Shown here: in pieces, positions 1 through 12,333 of the stretch
Layout of the letters: every line of letters begins with the position of its first letter
How positions within the stretch are numbered: the first letter of the stretch is position 1
Source of the DNA: Adineta vaga
Lineage: Eukaryota; Animalia; Rotifera
Length of the DNA: 64,000 nt
Reading direction: 5' to 3'
Assembly: GCA_021613535.1 (NCBI GenBank)
Contig: CP075493.1
Coordinates: forward strand, 1,240,001-1,304,000
Made by a program: the position numbers and the translations under genes
Notes under the pieces: generated by a model
Seen by the model: the letters and a program-made list of their open reading frames with translations, nothing else
The model's database searches: none
Told to the model about the DNA's origin: nothing

Positions 1-8
1 AAGAGTGT

Positions 9-935
9 ATGATCGAACGATGTAAAAATCAAGCAGATTCTCATTGTTATCATTGTTCCCAAGATGTATGCACAAATCATGCAAATGAACATAAAACATG
101 GGTCGAAAAACAACTTTTACCTGTTGTTAATCGAGTTGATACAATGTATGATCATTGTCATCAAATTGAGAAAGATCAAACAATGTGTACACTTGATTAT
201 TTAAGTGATATTCGTGAACAAGTTGATCAATGGAAAACAGATTGTTATCAACAAATTGATACTATTTATGATCAAGTTCTAAGTCAAATTAAAAATATTT
301 TAGAAAAACATAAAACTGAAATAGTTGAAAGGGCAACAAATAATTTAGAATCAATCAAACAAATGCGGAATCAACTTGGACAATTATTAAAAGACGATAA
401 AATAGAATATCGATTGATAGAAAATATTACGGAAGAATTAGAAGAAATAAAACAAGTAGAACCAGAAATTAATCATCCAAATATTCGAATTTTCACTGAA
501 CAGCTGAATGTTGAAAATCTTGTTCGTGTCATTGATGAAACCAACTATCTCACTCGATCACTAGAAAGACAAGTAACACAAACAGTACCACTTATCTATA
601 AGTAACTTATTTATCATTAATTTTCAACATCATCTTTCTTTGTTCTTTCATTTGTTGTAGAAATTCTATTCGGTTTTCTTCACCTATTCATTCTGATGAA
701 GAACAGCTTCCAAGAGAACAAATAATAAAGAAATCCTACGCTCAGAAGTAAATATTTCATCTATAAGTTTGTAAAATTCTTCTAATGGTACTTTTATAGA
801 AAATCTGTTCGTCCATCATTACCTATTTCGAAAAAACCGATCGACAAAAGTCAAATGCATCGCAGAACATTTCCTAAATATAAATCTTATCATGATCGAA
901 TATCTCATCTAGATGAACATAACAAAAAGAAATAA
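9..935 (+). CDS. B-box-like zinc finger / coiled-coil protein (3 exons; the 5' end may extend beyond the window)
   Basis: ORF 9..605 begins with CKNQADSHCYHCSQDVCTNHANEH (B-box-like C/H pattern) followed by heptad-rich helices. GT-AG introns at about 602-660 and 748-799; stop TAA at 933-935. Confidence 0.6.
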
Positions 936-1107
936 TGAAAATAAATTTAGTTAACATCCATTTTCTCATTCAATCTTTTAAAATACACAATTTTTTCGAA
1001 AGCTCTTTTATTTTTTATATACTAGGTTATTGGAAACAATATTTTGATTGGGTGACAGTACTATAATTTCAAATAGAATTTTAGATGAGTTTTATAACAA
1101 ATGTGTA

Positions 1108-1180
1108 CACAGGTCGATCAAAACGGTTACAATACGGCTATGTACCAATTTAGAACGGAGACTGTATCGATCAACGTGGG
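1108..1180. mobile_element. Very short MITE-like element (CCCAGGTCGA-type termini) flanked by TA
   Basis: Left end cacaggtcgatcaaaacggt matches the reverse complement of the right end (cccacgttgatcgatacagt) at 14 of 20 positions. TA on both flanks. Termini resemble the elements at 15751 and 48349. Confidence 0.5.
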
Positions 1181-1492
1181 TAAGTGTCATCATTATTAGA
1201 TATTTTGAAAAAAATATTATTCAATCAATTTCAAAGTCTTTTTTTTTGCTATTTATTATGTATATATGTAGAATTCATCCTAGAGTCAAAAATCAATTAA
1301 AACAAAGAAATTATTTATCGCAAAGACGATAAAAGAAATTTGAATACAGGATAATGCAAAAATTTCTCCATCAAGTTCTTAATGAAATATGAAAAGAGCT
1401 TCACATCGTCACTCTTAAAGTTTTTAGATAAATTCACAAATGAAGGAACATTATTTATTCGGTAATGAAAAAACACTAAATTCATTAGATGA

Positions 1493-3185
1493 TTATTTAC
1501 GCGACCAAATGCGCATCCACATACCATATTTTGGTCTAAAAAAGATATGATAATATAAATATAGAAGTGTTCAATAAGAGAATAACATAACAAACCTAAT
1601 CGTAACAGCAATATCTGGTGCATGTTTTTGTCCAGGTACAAGTTCGAAGCGAAAATGTTTAATAATAAGAGCTAACATAATTTTTGCTTCTAACATTGCA
1701 AAATTTTGTCCAATACATGATCGAGGTCCTGAACTAAAAGCTAATACTTTATCTGCATTACTTTCTTCAAATCTTGATGGATTAAATTTATTTGGTTCAT
1801 GCCAATATTTTTCTGATCTATAAGTTACATTACAAAACTATAAAAATATTCAATGAAAATAATATCTTACCGATGTAAAATATTCAAATTGATTGCTATA
1901 TCTGTTCCTTTCTTTATATGAATTTGTTTTCCTTCGCTTGTCACAATTATATTGTCTACAACTGCTGTACGCAGCATTGTTGGCACAGGTTGATGAGTTC
2001 TTAATGTTTCTTTCAAAACCATTTCTGTATAAGTCAGAAGTGAAATAGTTGGGATATCTAATTCATCATTATTATCACTAAGAACAGAATCAACTTCAGT
2101 TTGACATCGTTGATAAACCTCTGGATGAGTTGCCAAATTATAAAGTGTCCATGCCATTAAAGTCGATGTTGTTTCATGTCCAGCCAGCACTATATATATA
2201 TATATATATATAAAAGATAAGTCAAATTGATTTGTAATAGAAAGAAAATCTTACCGAATGTAATTGCTTCATTTGATATTTCTTCTTGAGAAAATTTTTT
2301 TGTTTTTTCATCACCTTTTGTTGTTAAAAGTAGATCAAGTAAATCCGAACCTTTACATGTCGATTTTGTTAATCCATTCAATCGTTGATTGATAATATTT
2401 TGAATGACTTGTTGAATTTCTCGTCTTGATTTATCCATACGTCGCTTACCTGCTAATGGTAACTGATTAACAATTGGAATTAGACCGAGCATATTAAAAA
2501 TTCGTTTTTCCATTTCTTTTAATACGATATTCATATTTCGAAAGATTATTTCATGAACATTGTTATCTTCAATGATTTGTGTACCAAAAATACATCCAGT
2601 AACAATATCTAATGTAAGACCTGATAATTGTTCATGAATATCAAGTACTAACGGATCATTTGTTTCTTTATCATTTATCAATGTTGTCCATTTTTGTATA
2701 AACCGATTCGTTATTTGTGTCATTAAGGAAAACATTGAATTAATATTTTGATGTTGAAATACGGGAGCAATTAATCGTCGATGTCGTTTATGATCTTCAC
2801 CTTCAGCTAATAAAATATTTTCATAACCTAGTAAAGATGCAAGAATCGTTTGTCCTATTGAAGATTTATGATACGAATAAACATTTGTTTTCAAAACACC
2901 TTCAATTAATGATGGATCAGTTATAACAAGATGAGCTTTAGGACCAAATGAACTATGGTAACAATCACCATATTTCAAACTCATTTCTCTACTAAAAGAT
3001 AATGGATCATCAGCGAGAAATGCACGACGACGATTAAGAAGATCACCAATGATCGGTTTGTATTGACCTGGAATTCCTTGCTTCCAAAAATGTTGATGAA
3101 TAGACCATGGTTCAAGTATCCAAAAGGTAATCAATCGATAAATTATCAAGAAAAACAATCCAATCAAAATAAGAGAAACCAACAT
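1493..3185 (-). CDS. Cytochrome P450, plant CYP72-clan-like (4 exons)
   Basis: N-terminal TM anchor; I-helix TFVLAGHETT across intron 2190-2254; K-helix KETLR; heme motif FSSGPRSCIGQNFAMLEAK; further introns 1818-1870 and 1536-1595; ends ...PKYGMWMRIWSRK*. Confidence 0.95.
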
Positions 3186-3521
3186 GTTTATTGCTTCAAA
3201 AACTTTTAAACCAAGAATAAGTATTCATTTTTCTATCGACATGATGATGACAAATATTGTCCACGTGTTCGACAGAACGCAAAAGTAAATACGTGATATA
3301 CAAGTAGATCTTACACTTTACGAACATACTTAATCGATCTATTCGTCGCATGAAAATTCGAGTTATCTTTTCGACATGTTGTTCTAGAATATTGTAGAAA
3401 TTCTCAAAACAATCATTTCATGTGACTAATTTGCAAGTTAAACACTATTCGTATCTTATTATTGATTTTTATTTAAAATCTTCTGTATCATTATAGATTC
3501 ATATCGTTCTCGTCGTCAAAT

Positions 3522-4019
3522 ATGTCTGAAGAATTGAAGGATATTGTTGGAAAACATCTTCTATACAAATATGCAAATGGATGGCAATATGAAATATACA
3601 TTAAAAATAATACTACAATCGATTATCGAATTCATTCAGGTCTCGTTGGTGGTCGATGGGTGAAAGATCAACAAGTTCATTTAGTAAAGCTTTCATCAAC
3701 AACAGCTATTTTTAAATTTTCATGGACAGAACCTACCGGTACATCAGTTAGTTTGTCAATTAACTTGGATGAACGTCGTCTTCATGGTACAATATTTTTT
3801 CCTCGTTGGATTATCGATGAACCGCAGAAGACGGTCTGCTTTCAAAATGATCATCTCGACGAAATGCGTCAACATCGCGATCGTGGACCAACATATCCAA
3901 TAGAAGTTATCGATGAATTTGCTGACATTATATTTGTAGAAGATTGTAAAGAAAATGATGAAACAATAATTGCATGTGCACCATCACAATTGTCCAATGG
4001 ATGTACTAATCACGCGTAA
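3522..4019 (+). CDS. padC: Phenolic acid decarboxylase (bacterial PadC/PdcA type, cofactor-free), intronless
   Basis: [35 protein letters not shown], [25 protein letters not shown] and [11 protein letters not shown] follow Bacillus/Lactobacillus PAD closely. Tyr15, Tyr17, Arg45 and Glu70 sit at the catalytic positions. AATAAA at about 4113. Confidence 0.93.
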   Translation: MSEELKDIVGKHLLYKYANGWQYEIYIKNNTTIDYRIHSGLVGGRWVKDQQVHLVKLSSTTAIFKFSWTEPTGTSVSLSINLDERRLHGTIFFPRWIIDEPQKTVCFQNDHLDEMRQHRDRGPTYPIEVIDEFADIIFVEDCKENDETIIACAPSQLSNGCTNHA

Positions 4020-4227
4020 TGAAGATGATGATTTGCAAACTTCTCAAAATTAATCTAGTCATTCTCATATTTCTATTTCTCATTTTTTTCTTTCAAGAAA
4101 GAATTCATATTTAATAAAACAATCTATTTATTTGGTAATCACAATAACTGTACTTACTGATTTATTATCAATAAAAAAAATATCTAAATCGTTTTGAATG
4201 TTAGATAAAAAAATCTATACAATTAAA

Positions 4228-5153
4228 CTAGAACAGAGTTCTTTGAGAAAATAAAAGTACTGTTGGTGGAGATGGATTTGAATTCGATGCAGAAATTTCT
4301 GAAGATTGGTTATTATAAACTTGAATCGGTGGTGTTGCTGTTCCTATCAATGCTTGGTTTGCTTCTGTTAATAAAGCAAGACGATGTGTTGCAATAGCTT
4401 GAACAAATTCTGATGTTATTGTGGAAACAGGTGTTTGAGAAGTTGTAGACGTTGGAAATGTTTCCTAAAAATGAATCAGATGGAAATTCTTTTTTTTTTC
4501 ATAAGAAAAACTTTACTGTTGTTGGGTGTGATTTTATTCTTGATTGTTGCTCATTCGTTACACTATATTCATCAAATGCTGCGTTTATCTCACCTACAAG
4601 AAAATCAGTATTTGAATATTAACAACGAAACAAAGTTTGATTTTACCGTTTGGAAATGATTCAGATGGACTTTTAATTACAGAAATAGATGGAGAATTCT
4701 GAAGAAAAAAACAGAAGTTCTTGTTCGATTGAATAAGAATTAAGTTTTCTCTCTTACGATTTGATTGTAGACAATTGTTTCAGTATGTGGTCGAAAAGAG
4801 GGTCGATAAGATAAATGATGTTTCTTGTCGAGATACGATCGTCGATTGATATTCGATGGAAGATTTGAATCAAAAGAATCTAATCGACAAGAATCTCCTA
4901 AAACAAGATTTCTCTTCAAAGTCTTTCAAATAAAAAACCTAATGATTAATTTACTATTTGTTTTAAACCATAATTTTGTTAATCTTCGTCGATAACAAAT
5001 AATAAATGAAATTAATAAAACAAGTGATATTAATATTGGTAAAATAATTGAAAGAGTAATGATCAATATTTTGTTATGGTCAGTACTAGATTGACTAGTA
5101 GTTGTTTGTATCGTTTCATTCGTGAGTAAAAAAGATTGGTTTGTGTTATTCAT
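4228..5153 (-). CDS. Single-pass (type III-like) membrane protein of unknown function, multi-exon
   Basis: Short N-terminus with N-glycosylation sequons (NNT, NQS, NET), TM segment ILIITLSIILPILISLVLLISFIIC followed by YRRR. Several short GT-AG introns lead to a last exon ending ...SPPTVLLFSQRTLF* (4228-4230). Confidence 0.65.
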
Positions 5154-5672
5154 CTGAAAAATATATATCAGAAGTTAATAATTTTCTTTTCAATTAAAAT
5201 ATAAGTAGAAAAGATATCATCTAGTGATAACGATTGGTAATCATATAAAGAGAAATTATCGAGTAAATACGAACAGAAGGAAGAAGCAATGAAGCAAGAA
5301 AATATCGAAATAGACAGAACATGCTTGTCAAGAAAATAGAAGAAACACATGCGCGAATAGTCATCATTACAAAAAACAAAAAAGAACAAGAAAAATACTC
5401 TCATCAGTGACAAACTAGTAACGATTTTAGACGATAACTTTGATGTAACTAGATGAAATAATCTTGCAGATGCTTGACGATTTCAATATTCTTTTGCTTT
5501 TGCCACAATCGAATAGTTTATTTTCGTAATACATTTCGATTATGCTTGAAGCGATAGATCAAAAATGATTTACATACTAAATAGTGTGGTAAGCTATAAA
5601 TTCTTATGTTTTGATTCGTTCTTATCTTGATTGAATTCATGAATGACTATATTTAGATTTGAGTATTGTGAA

Positions 5673-6584
5673 CAAATGCTTAACATTATGGAAATTAACT
5701 TAGATTAGATAAGACAATGCAAATGAAGTCCGAAAAAAAGAATCAATAGATAGAAAAATCGATAATCTTACTGTTTTCTTTTCTTTCTTGTTTATAATGA
5801 TCGACTGTTTAATGACGCCTTACCTCTTTTTCTTTCGTCATGTTTATTTTTCAAAAGATTTCATTTTGTTTAAAATCAGAGAAATCGAAATGTTCTACTA
5901 TTTCTCTTCTACTCTTTTCACCTTTTGAAGAAACAAAATACTCCAACATCAAAAACAAACTTCAATAACTCTTCAAGAAGAAATATTTCTTTTTATTTCA
6001 AAATCATCATGGAGAAATATGTTTTATGTCGATTTGTATGACGAAATCTCCACTAAGACTTAATATCACAGAAAAAAATTCATTTTTCTCTATGAATATT
6101 TTTCTTATTAAAATAGAATTTGTTGATGGTATGTTAAAGACAAAAAAAAAGTTTTATCTCGTCAATATATTTCTTCGAGTATTGCTTTTGGCGAATAGGT
6201 AATCTAGAAGATTGAAAGACATCTTGGTTTAGTCTCTAAGAAATACTAGAGCCTTTGATGATCAGATGTAGTTAGTAAATGAAAAATAGAGAAGAAATCA
6301 TTTTTATGCAATAAAAAATACAAATTACCTCGATAACTTCAAATTAACAAACAATAAACATCGTATTTCGTATTGATTGGTTGTTTTTTGTCTGAAAAAA
6401 ATCAACTGACTAATATAAAAATAAAAAACAATAAAATTTCCAATGACAGTTGCTTGTTTATCGTTTTAAAACATGTTTTCACGTTCATTATTGAACATCA
6501 TCTTGTCGTCCACCAGCGAATGAAAATCATCCATTAGCTCATTATGAATCTTTACAAAATCTTCATCAAACACAAAAAGATAAA
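5673..6584 (+). pseudogene. Degenerate duplicate of the cyclin promoter and first ~37 codons (5' fragment)
   Basis: 5673-5742 matches about 11891-11953, and 6150-6584 matches about 11957-12444. ATG at 6473 is followed by a +1 frameshift (ttattgaacatca vs ttatcaacatca). Homology ends abruptly after ...caaaaagataaa. Confidence 0.85.
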
Positions 6585-7228
6585 GGACACCATCGGCTAA
6601 GATCGTAAATCTGTCTACCGTCTCTGTTCTTCTTTCCAATAGTCTAGAAAGATAGAGCTTGAAATTCTATAAATTTTTTTGTATTTTTTGTATTCTTTAT
6701 GGGAGGCAGAAAAAATTCTAAAGATCATATTTGATTTGAAAGGGAAAACAATTGTTGGTAAGAAATTGGTATCCATATCTGAATCTCAATTGTACACACA
6801 ATACAATTCACGAAGTGAATGTTTTGAATTTTATGGTAATATCAACAAATATTCACAAGGAAATGATGAAAACAAAACAAAATATTATGTGATAATAAAG
6901 ATAGTGTAGAAAAGCATGATGTTTTTCAGTATAAGAACGCTCGGATCACTATTTTAACTTTTTCAAGAAAGACTTAACGAATGCAAGGAATTAGCGTTAC
7001 TTATTGTGTAATTGTCTGTCGATTGATATGTCACAAGGATCCCTTAGTCATAAGAATATTTATCTCTGAAATAGAAATGTTTTTAACGGACAAAATCAAT
7101 AAATTCGGTTTTGTTAATTCTTCAGTCGAGGGCTCGACGAGCGTTATTAATAAATTATTTTTAACTGCAACAACGTATAATTTGATTCATCTATTTTTGC
7201 TCATCTTCTTTGGTTAATTTTATTTCCA

Positions 7229-7751
7229 CAAAACTTTGATGAGTCTTCATTCTTACATGGTCGGATAGAGCGTTGATTGCACTATCCATCTGCATAGATT
7301 GCATTTGATTTACTTCTAAGAACTGAGCTAAACCAGACTGAAATCACATCAATCAATAGAATAGTGCTCATTCTGTCCAATGATATATAAGTAGAAGCAA
7401 GTCGTAAAAAGTAAGTAAACTATAGAAGCTACTTGAAAAGAAAATAATTCACAAAATTTTCAAAAAACTTGTTAAGAATTTATTGAATATTCAGGCAATC
7501 TGAAGAATTGGATGATATATCTAGCTATATAACAAAGAGGAATGTTCATTTACTCATTAAGTCATAATTACTGGAATTACGCAACGAAAACACTTCAAAA
7601 GTTCCAAGAAAAATAAATTGGTTTTGGCCGCTTCTCGAAATCTCTTATTTTTTATCAGAATAAGGAATAAATCGGATACAAACTATACAGACCAATAGAT
7701 CAGTCAATGCCCTATCCGACCATAAAAGAATAAATATCTGTCAAAGTTTTG
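7229..7751. mobile_element. MITE-like element, about 520 bp, with ~90-bp imperfect terminal inverted repeats
   Basis: caaaactttga...atggtcggatagagcgttgattg (7229-7320) aligns with the reverse complement of 7660-7751 (caaaactttga...atggtcggatagggcattgactg). No ORF inside; TSD unclear. Confidence 0.75.
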
Positions 7752-7928
7752 AAAAATTTTATTCAAATGTTATTATTTAATGTATTCATTGAAGCATCAC
7801 ATATTCTAATACATTATACTTTTCTCTTCTTTATTTCTATGAGATTATTTTATTTATTCATGTCTATCATTTCATGCAATTTATAACAACTCTTCAACAT
7901 CTTTCATCTATAATCTATTGCGTTCACA

Positions 7929-8930
7929 ATGAACACGAATGTATCCGACGATACGAATATCATCGTTGAAGATGATTTAACTTATCTATATGATTTCTTT
8001 TTAAACTACAGTGGATTAATAATATACTTAATTTTTGATATTCCATCTATTCTTATGCATCTCATTGTTTTTGGTCTTATTTTTTTCAATAAAACTCTTC
8101 GTTCAGCAGCAAATAATTATATTATTTTTTTCATCTTATGTTGTTCTTTTGGTATCGTTTCTATCGCTATTCCCTTCTATATCGACGCATGTCGATCGGA
8201 CCCAATTATTCATGTAACGAATCTCTTTTGCAACATTTCGATGCTCATTGAAAGTCTATGTTACTGTTTAATTTACTTTTTTATTGCATGGGCATCATTT
8301 GAACGACATCTTCTCATTTTCCATGCTTCTGTATTCAATATCAAATGGAAAAATGTTTGTTTTCATTACATGCCACCAATCTTTATCATCATTTATATGG
8401 TAGCATTTTATATTTATGCTATCTTCATCTATCCATGTGAGAATCCAATGGATATTGAAACGAATAAATGCACTTTCAGCTGTTATCTGAGCGATCCATT
8501 CCTAGGTATGTGGGATATGTGTTTTCATGGAATAGTTCCAACAATATCTATATTGTTGTGTAATTGTACACTTTTATTTCGAGTGTATCGATCGAAAATT
8601 CGTCTTCGACAATCAATGGATTGGCGTAAGTATCGAATAATGATATTTCAACTTGTTTCAATTGCATCGCTTTACCTTTTAATTAATATACCATATACGG
8701 TTGTTACTATATTGTCTATTGTAGCTTGGACACCTTTAATAGGAGGATTAGCAAGAACTTTCGGTAATCTTTTAAGTTTTATTCCATTTTTTTTGCCTTT
8801 TGTCTATATAACCTCAATACCAGAACTGAAGTCAAAATTGAAAAGAATTTTCAATCTTCAGGCCAGTGATCGAATAGGACCTGTTACCTTACAAATGCGA
8901 ACTAGGTCGATTCGTCCTATCGTCAATTAA
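7929..8930 (+). CDS. Rhodopsin-family (class A) GPCR, intronless, bdelloid-expanded type
   Basis: 333 aa with seven hydrophobic segments. TM3 Cys (FCN), WASFERH in place of DRY, ECL2 cysteines, and TM7 FLPFV. Confidence 0.9.
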   Translation: MNTNVSDDTNIIVEDDLTYLYDFFLNYSGLIIYLIFDIPSILMHLIVFGLIFFNKTLRSAANNYIIFFILCCSFGIVSIAIPFYIDACRSDPIIHVTNLFCNISMLIESLCYCLIYFFIAWASFERHLLIFHASVFNIKWKNVCFHYMPPIFIIIYMVAFYIYAIFIYPCENPMDIETNKCTFSCYLSDPFLGMWDMCFHGIVPTISILLCNCTLLFRVYRSKIRLRQSMDWRKYRIMIFQLVSIASLYLLINIPYTVVTILSIVAWTPLIGGLARTFGNLLSFIPFFLPFVYITSIPELKSKLKRIFNLQASDRIGPVTLQMRTRSIRPIVN

Positions 8931-9609
8931 ATACACTACAAATAACTTCAAAGAAAACAAGCAAAGACATTTCATAATGCTTTTGAATGGAATTATTCAA
9001 CTAAAATTGACATCTTTATACATGAATTGACGGAAATGTTCGCAGAAATTTTTGTAAACATTTCAAAATTAAAAGTTCTGAAATCGTGATTATAAAAGAG
9101 ACAAAGTTTCAAATCATTTAGCACAAATAATTTGGAAAAATTGACTAATATCGATTGCCGTATTTTTCAATCTTTTCTTTTTTATTTTGTTTTTCTCGTG
9201 TTGTTGTTTTCTTTTGTTTGTCAAGTGTGAAGATGTGAAGCGTGGCAAAAAAGGAACAACGAGAATGCTTTTAATGAATAGTAGATTCTTAAAAGGGTTT
9301 ATAAGTGTTGAATCAGTGTATCAGTGCGCTCTACTTTCTAATAAATGGTTGTTCCTCAACAAAATAACCAAGGATTTATCATGATTTAGAAGAAACGCAG
9401 CATTCTGGGATTGATTTTATAGATGGTTTAATAAACTGACTTAGCTGAGGTTGAGAGTATGGGTAAAAAGAAGACACTCACATCCTATCCGAATGTAAAA
9501 TAAAGACAGTCATTTGCTATACATATCGAAGAAAATAAACAATTATTATGACATATTTTATCTTTTAAAATATATTTCGCTATTTAAACCATCTTCTTTT
9601 ACAGACAAT

Positions 9610-11512
9610 TTACAACAAAGGAAAATATTGATGGAAATTTTCTGGACGAACAAATGGTTGACATAAATCAAGACTTTTCAATGTGCCAAAATTGAAGTAT
9701 GTTGCACCACGCTTAAAATTCTTTGTAATTTTTGTCAATGATTTGTATGTAATTCCAAGATGTAATAGACAACGTAGATGAGTATTTTTCTTCAAGAGAA
9801 ATAATTTAGCATAGTCTATGTGTGCATCTAGTACATTAAGATATCTAACATAAGGAAATGTTATTAATATTAATGAAGATGATTTGTTGGCCAGTGGAAA
9901 AACATTTTGTATACATCAGAATTTGAGACAAGGAAAATCTTTAGAGATCAGTCGAAGTAATTTATGTTCAAAAGGAATGACATCAACCATTTTTAATTGT
10001 CGAACTTTATCAAACATGCCACCTTGAAAAGAATTGTCGAGGTGAATGAACTCTTCGAAATCATATGGAAGCGAATAGATTAAGCAATGACTTTTAGTCT
10101 TTCTTAAATTTGTATGAACATACGAAGTCACTTGTTGATATCCGATGCTAGCAAAACTATGTTCAATATCTCTATTGGATGGAAGTTCAATTTTAATTTT
10201 GTGAGGATAAACTTTTGCGTCGATGGAGAATGTAAATTTCTCTAATTGTGTCATATACATAAGAAATTGATCATATAATTGAGTACCATCTGGAAAATCC
10301 GAGTCAAATACGAATAATAATAGACATAATCTCAAGTTTTCGAGATTTATCATTCGACGAAGCAATGGAAATATTATCTTCTTATGATTACACGTATAAT
10401 CAGATGTAGTCAATGAAAAATATTTTAATTTTAGAAACTTCTCCTATAAGACATAAAAACATTCATTTAATTTAGTATTTTACATGCAAATTATAGTGGT
10501 AATTCTATTTACTCCTCCATTAACATCTGTTAAGGGATCAAAGATATCTCGAACTTTAATAATTAATATTGACAAATTTAAACAACCATCGAGAATATAA
10601 GTGCAATCAGTTATATTCGAAACATTAATTTTCAATTTAGTTAAACTTGAAGACACATATCTTGACGATGATAGATGATTAATAGAAGTTGCATATGTTC
10701 GTGTAGGAAACATATCACAAAAATTTAAATCAGTTAAATTCTTGCATAAAGAGAAGATTAATGCAAGAATCTTGGACACTAGTGGGATAAATTATTGTTT
10801 TCCTTTTAATATCCACATTGAGATATGTTACTTGTTTCATAAGATTACGAAGAATTAAATTATCTGTAATTAAAACAAAGATAAGTGTTAATCTGTATAA
10901 ATCATACGAATATAAAAATCATTCAGTGCAATGCCTAGAGCATTGTAAGAACTAAAAAGAGAGGAAACTGTAGATGTGTGATTTGTTGTTTGAAAGAAAA
11001 GACAGAGAGATATTATTTATTCGTTCTTTCGGATAACACAGGCTACAGATTTGTTCGTCTCTCTTAAGCACTTAAGAACATTATCTCGAATGCCTTTTAT
11101 CATAACTCCAACCATCCATTCTATCATTGATTGAAATGAATAAAATTAAACAGTATATACCTTTTAGATGTTGATAAAGTACATTTTTTTCGAAATTAAT
11201 GAGCGACAAAGAATAAAGTTGAGGATAATTGGCAGCACGAAGAATTCGTTTCATTGAATATTGTTCAACAGTCAGCTTATGTACTTGATCATGAATGCGA
11301 GGTAAGATATTTGAACAAATTTTTGAAAGGACTTTTCTATCGATTAACGAAGTTTGATTATAGAATGAATCAATGGTCATATCGATTTCACGAACATATA
11401 TGGAATCGTGCTAATCGATCAAGTCGTTGATTAACATGAACAAATGAGTGAAATACATCAGTGGTATTGAGTTTCATAAAAATCTATCAGTTCTAGTTTT
11501 TTGAATGTCCAT
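9610..11512 (-). pseudogene. F-box/LRR-like repeat family pseudogene
   Basis: F-box-like start (FMKLNTTDVFHSFVHVNQRLDRLA) with a frameshift at about 11410. Typical motifs ILPRIHDQVHKLTVE, YPQLYSLSL, PLLRRMINLE, IYSLPYDF and HLRCL. In-frame TGA at 9916-9918 inside an otherwise continuous reading frame. Confidence 0.8.
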
Positions 11513-12202
11513 TTATATTCGAAATCGAATTAGGCAGCTACTTTAATTTGAGCGAATTCATCAATAGTATCTATACTGGATATGTTGGTCCACAGTCACG
11601 ATATTGATACATTTCATTGCGATGATCATTTTGAAAACATATCGTCTTTTTAGGTTCATCGACAGCTCGACGAGGAAAGAAAGTTGCATCATGAAGACGA
11701 CGTTCATCTAGATTAATTATCAAACTAACTGATGTACCCGTAGATTCAGTTCATGAAAGTTCATAGATAACTATTGATGATGCCCGAATGTATTCGATAA
11801 TCGGGTGTAGTATTATTTCAATTGAAAATAGTTGTTTTCAACTGAGTTCAAGTTTCTAGTTTAACATTAACATGTATGCGACATCAAAAGCAAATGAGTA
11901 ACATTATGGATATTGAGTTATTTGAAACAATGCAAATGAAATCCGAAAAAAGAAAAGTTTTATCTCGTCAATACATTTGTTCGAGTGTTCTTTTTGGCGA
12001 ATAGGTAATCTGGAAGATTGAAATACATCTTGGTTTAGTCTCCAAGAGATATTGGAGCGTTGGATCATCAGATGTCGTTAGTGTCTCGAAAAATAATAAT
12101 AAAAGAAAATTAAAATAGAAAAAAATTCTTTTTATGTAATAAAAAATAAAAACTACCTCAATAATTTTGAATTTAATGAACAACGAACGTCGAATCTCGT
12201 TG

Positions 12203-12211
12203 TGATTGGTT
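12203..12211 (+). promoter_or_regulatory. Inverted CCAAT box (NF-Y type) upstream of the cyclin
   Basis: tgattggtt about 125 nt upstream of the cyclin ATG, retained in the duplicate at about 6374-6382. NF-Y CCAAT boxes are typical of G2/M cyclin promoters. Confidence 0.4.
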
Positions 12212-12333
12212 GTTCTTTGTCTGGGAAAATCAATTGACTTGCGTAAGAAGTTTCTCTCATTCTCTTCTCATTATATAGCATAAGAATCAAATCAAATTTT
12301 CCAATGATATTTGCTTATTTATTGTTTTAAAAC

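Noticed and set aside
9916-9918. In-frame TGA as possible selenocysteine or readthrough
   Set aside because: The same gene has a frameshift near 11410 and no SECIS was recognised; pseudogenisation is simpler.
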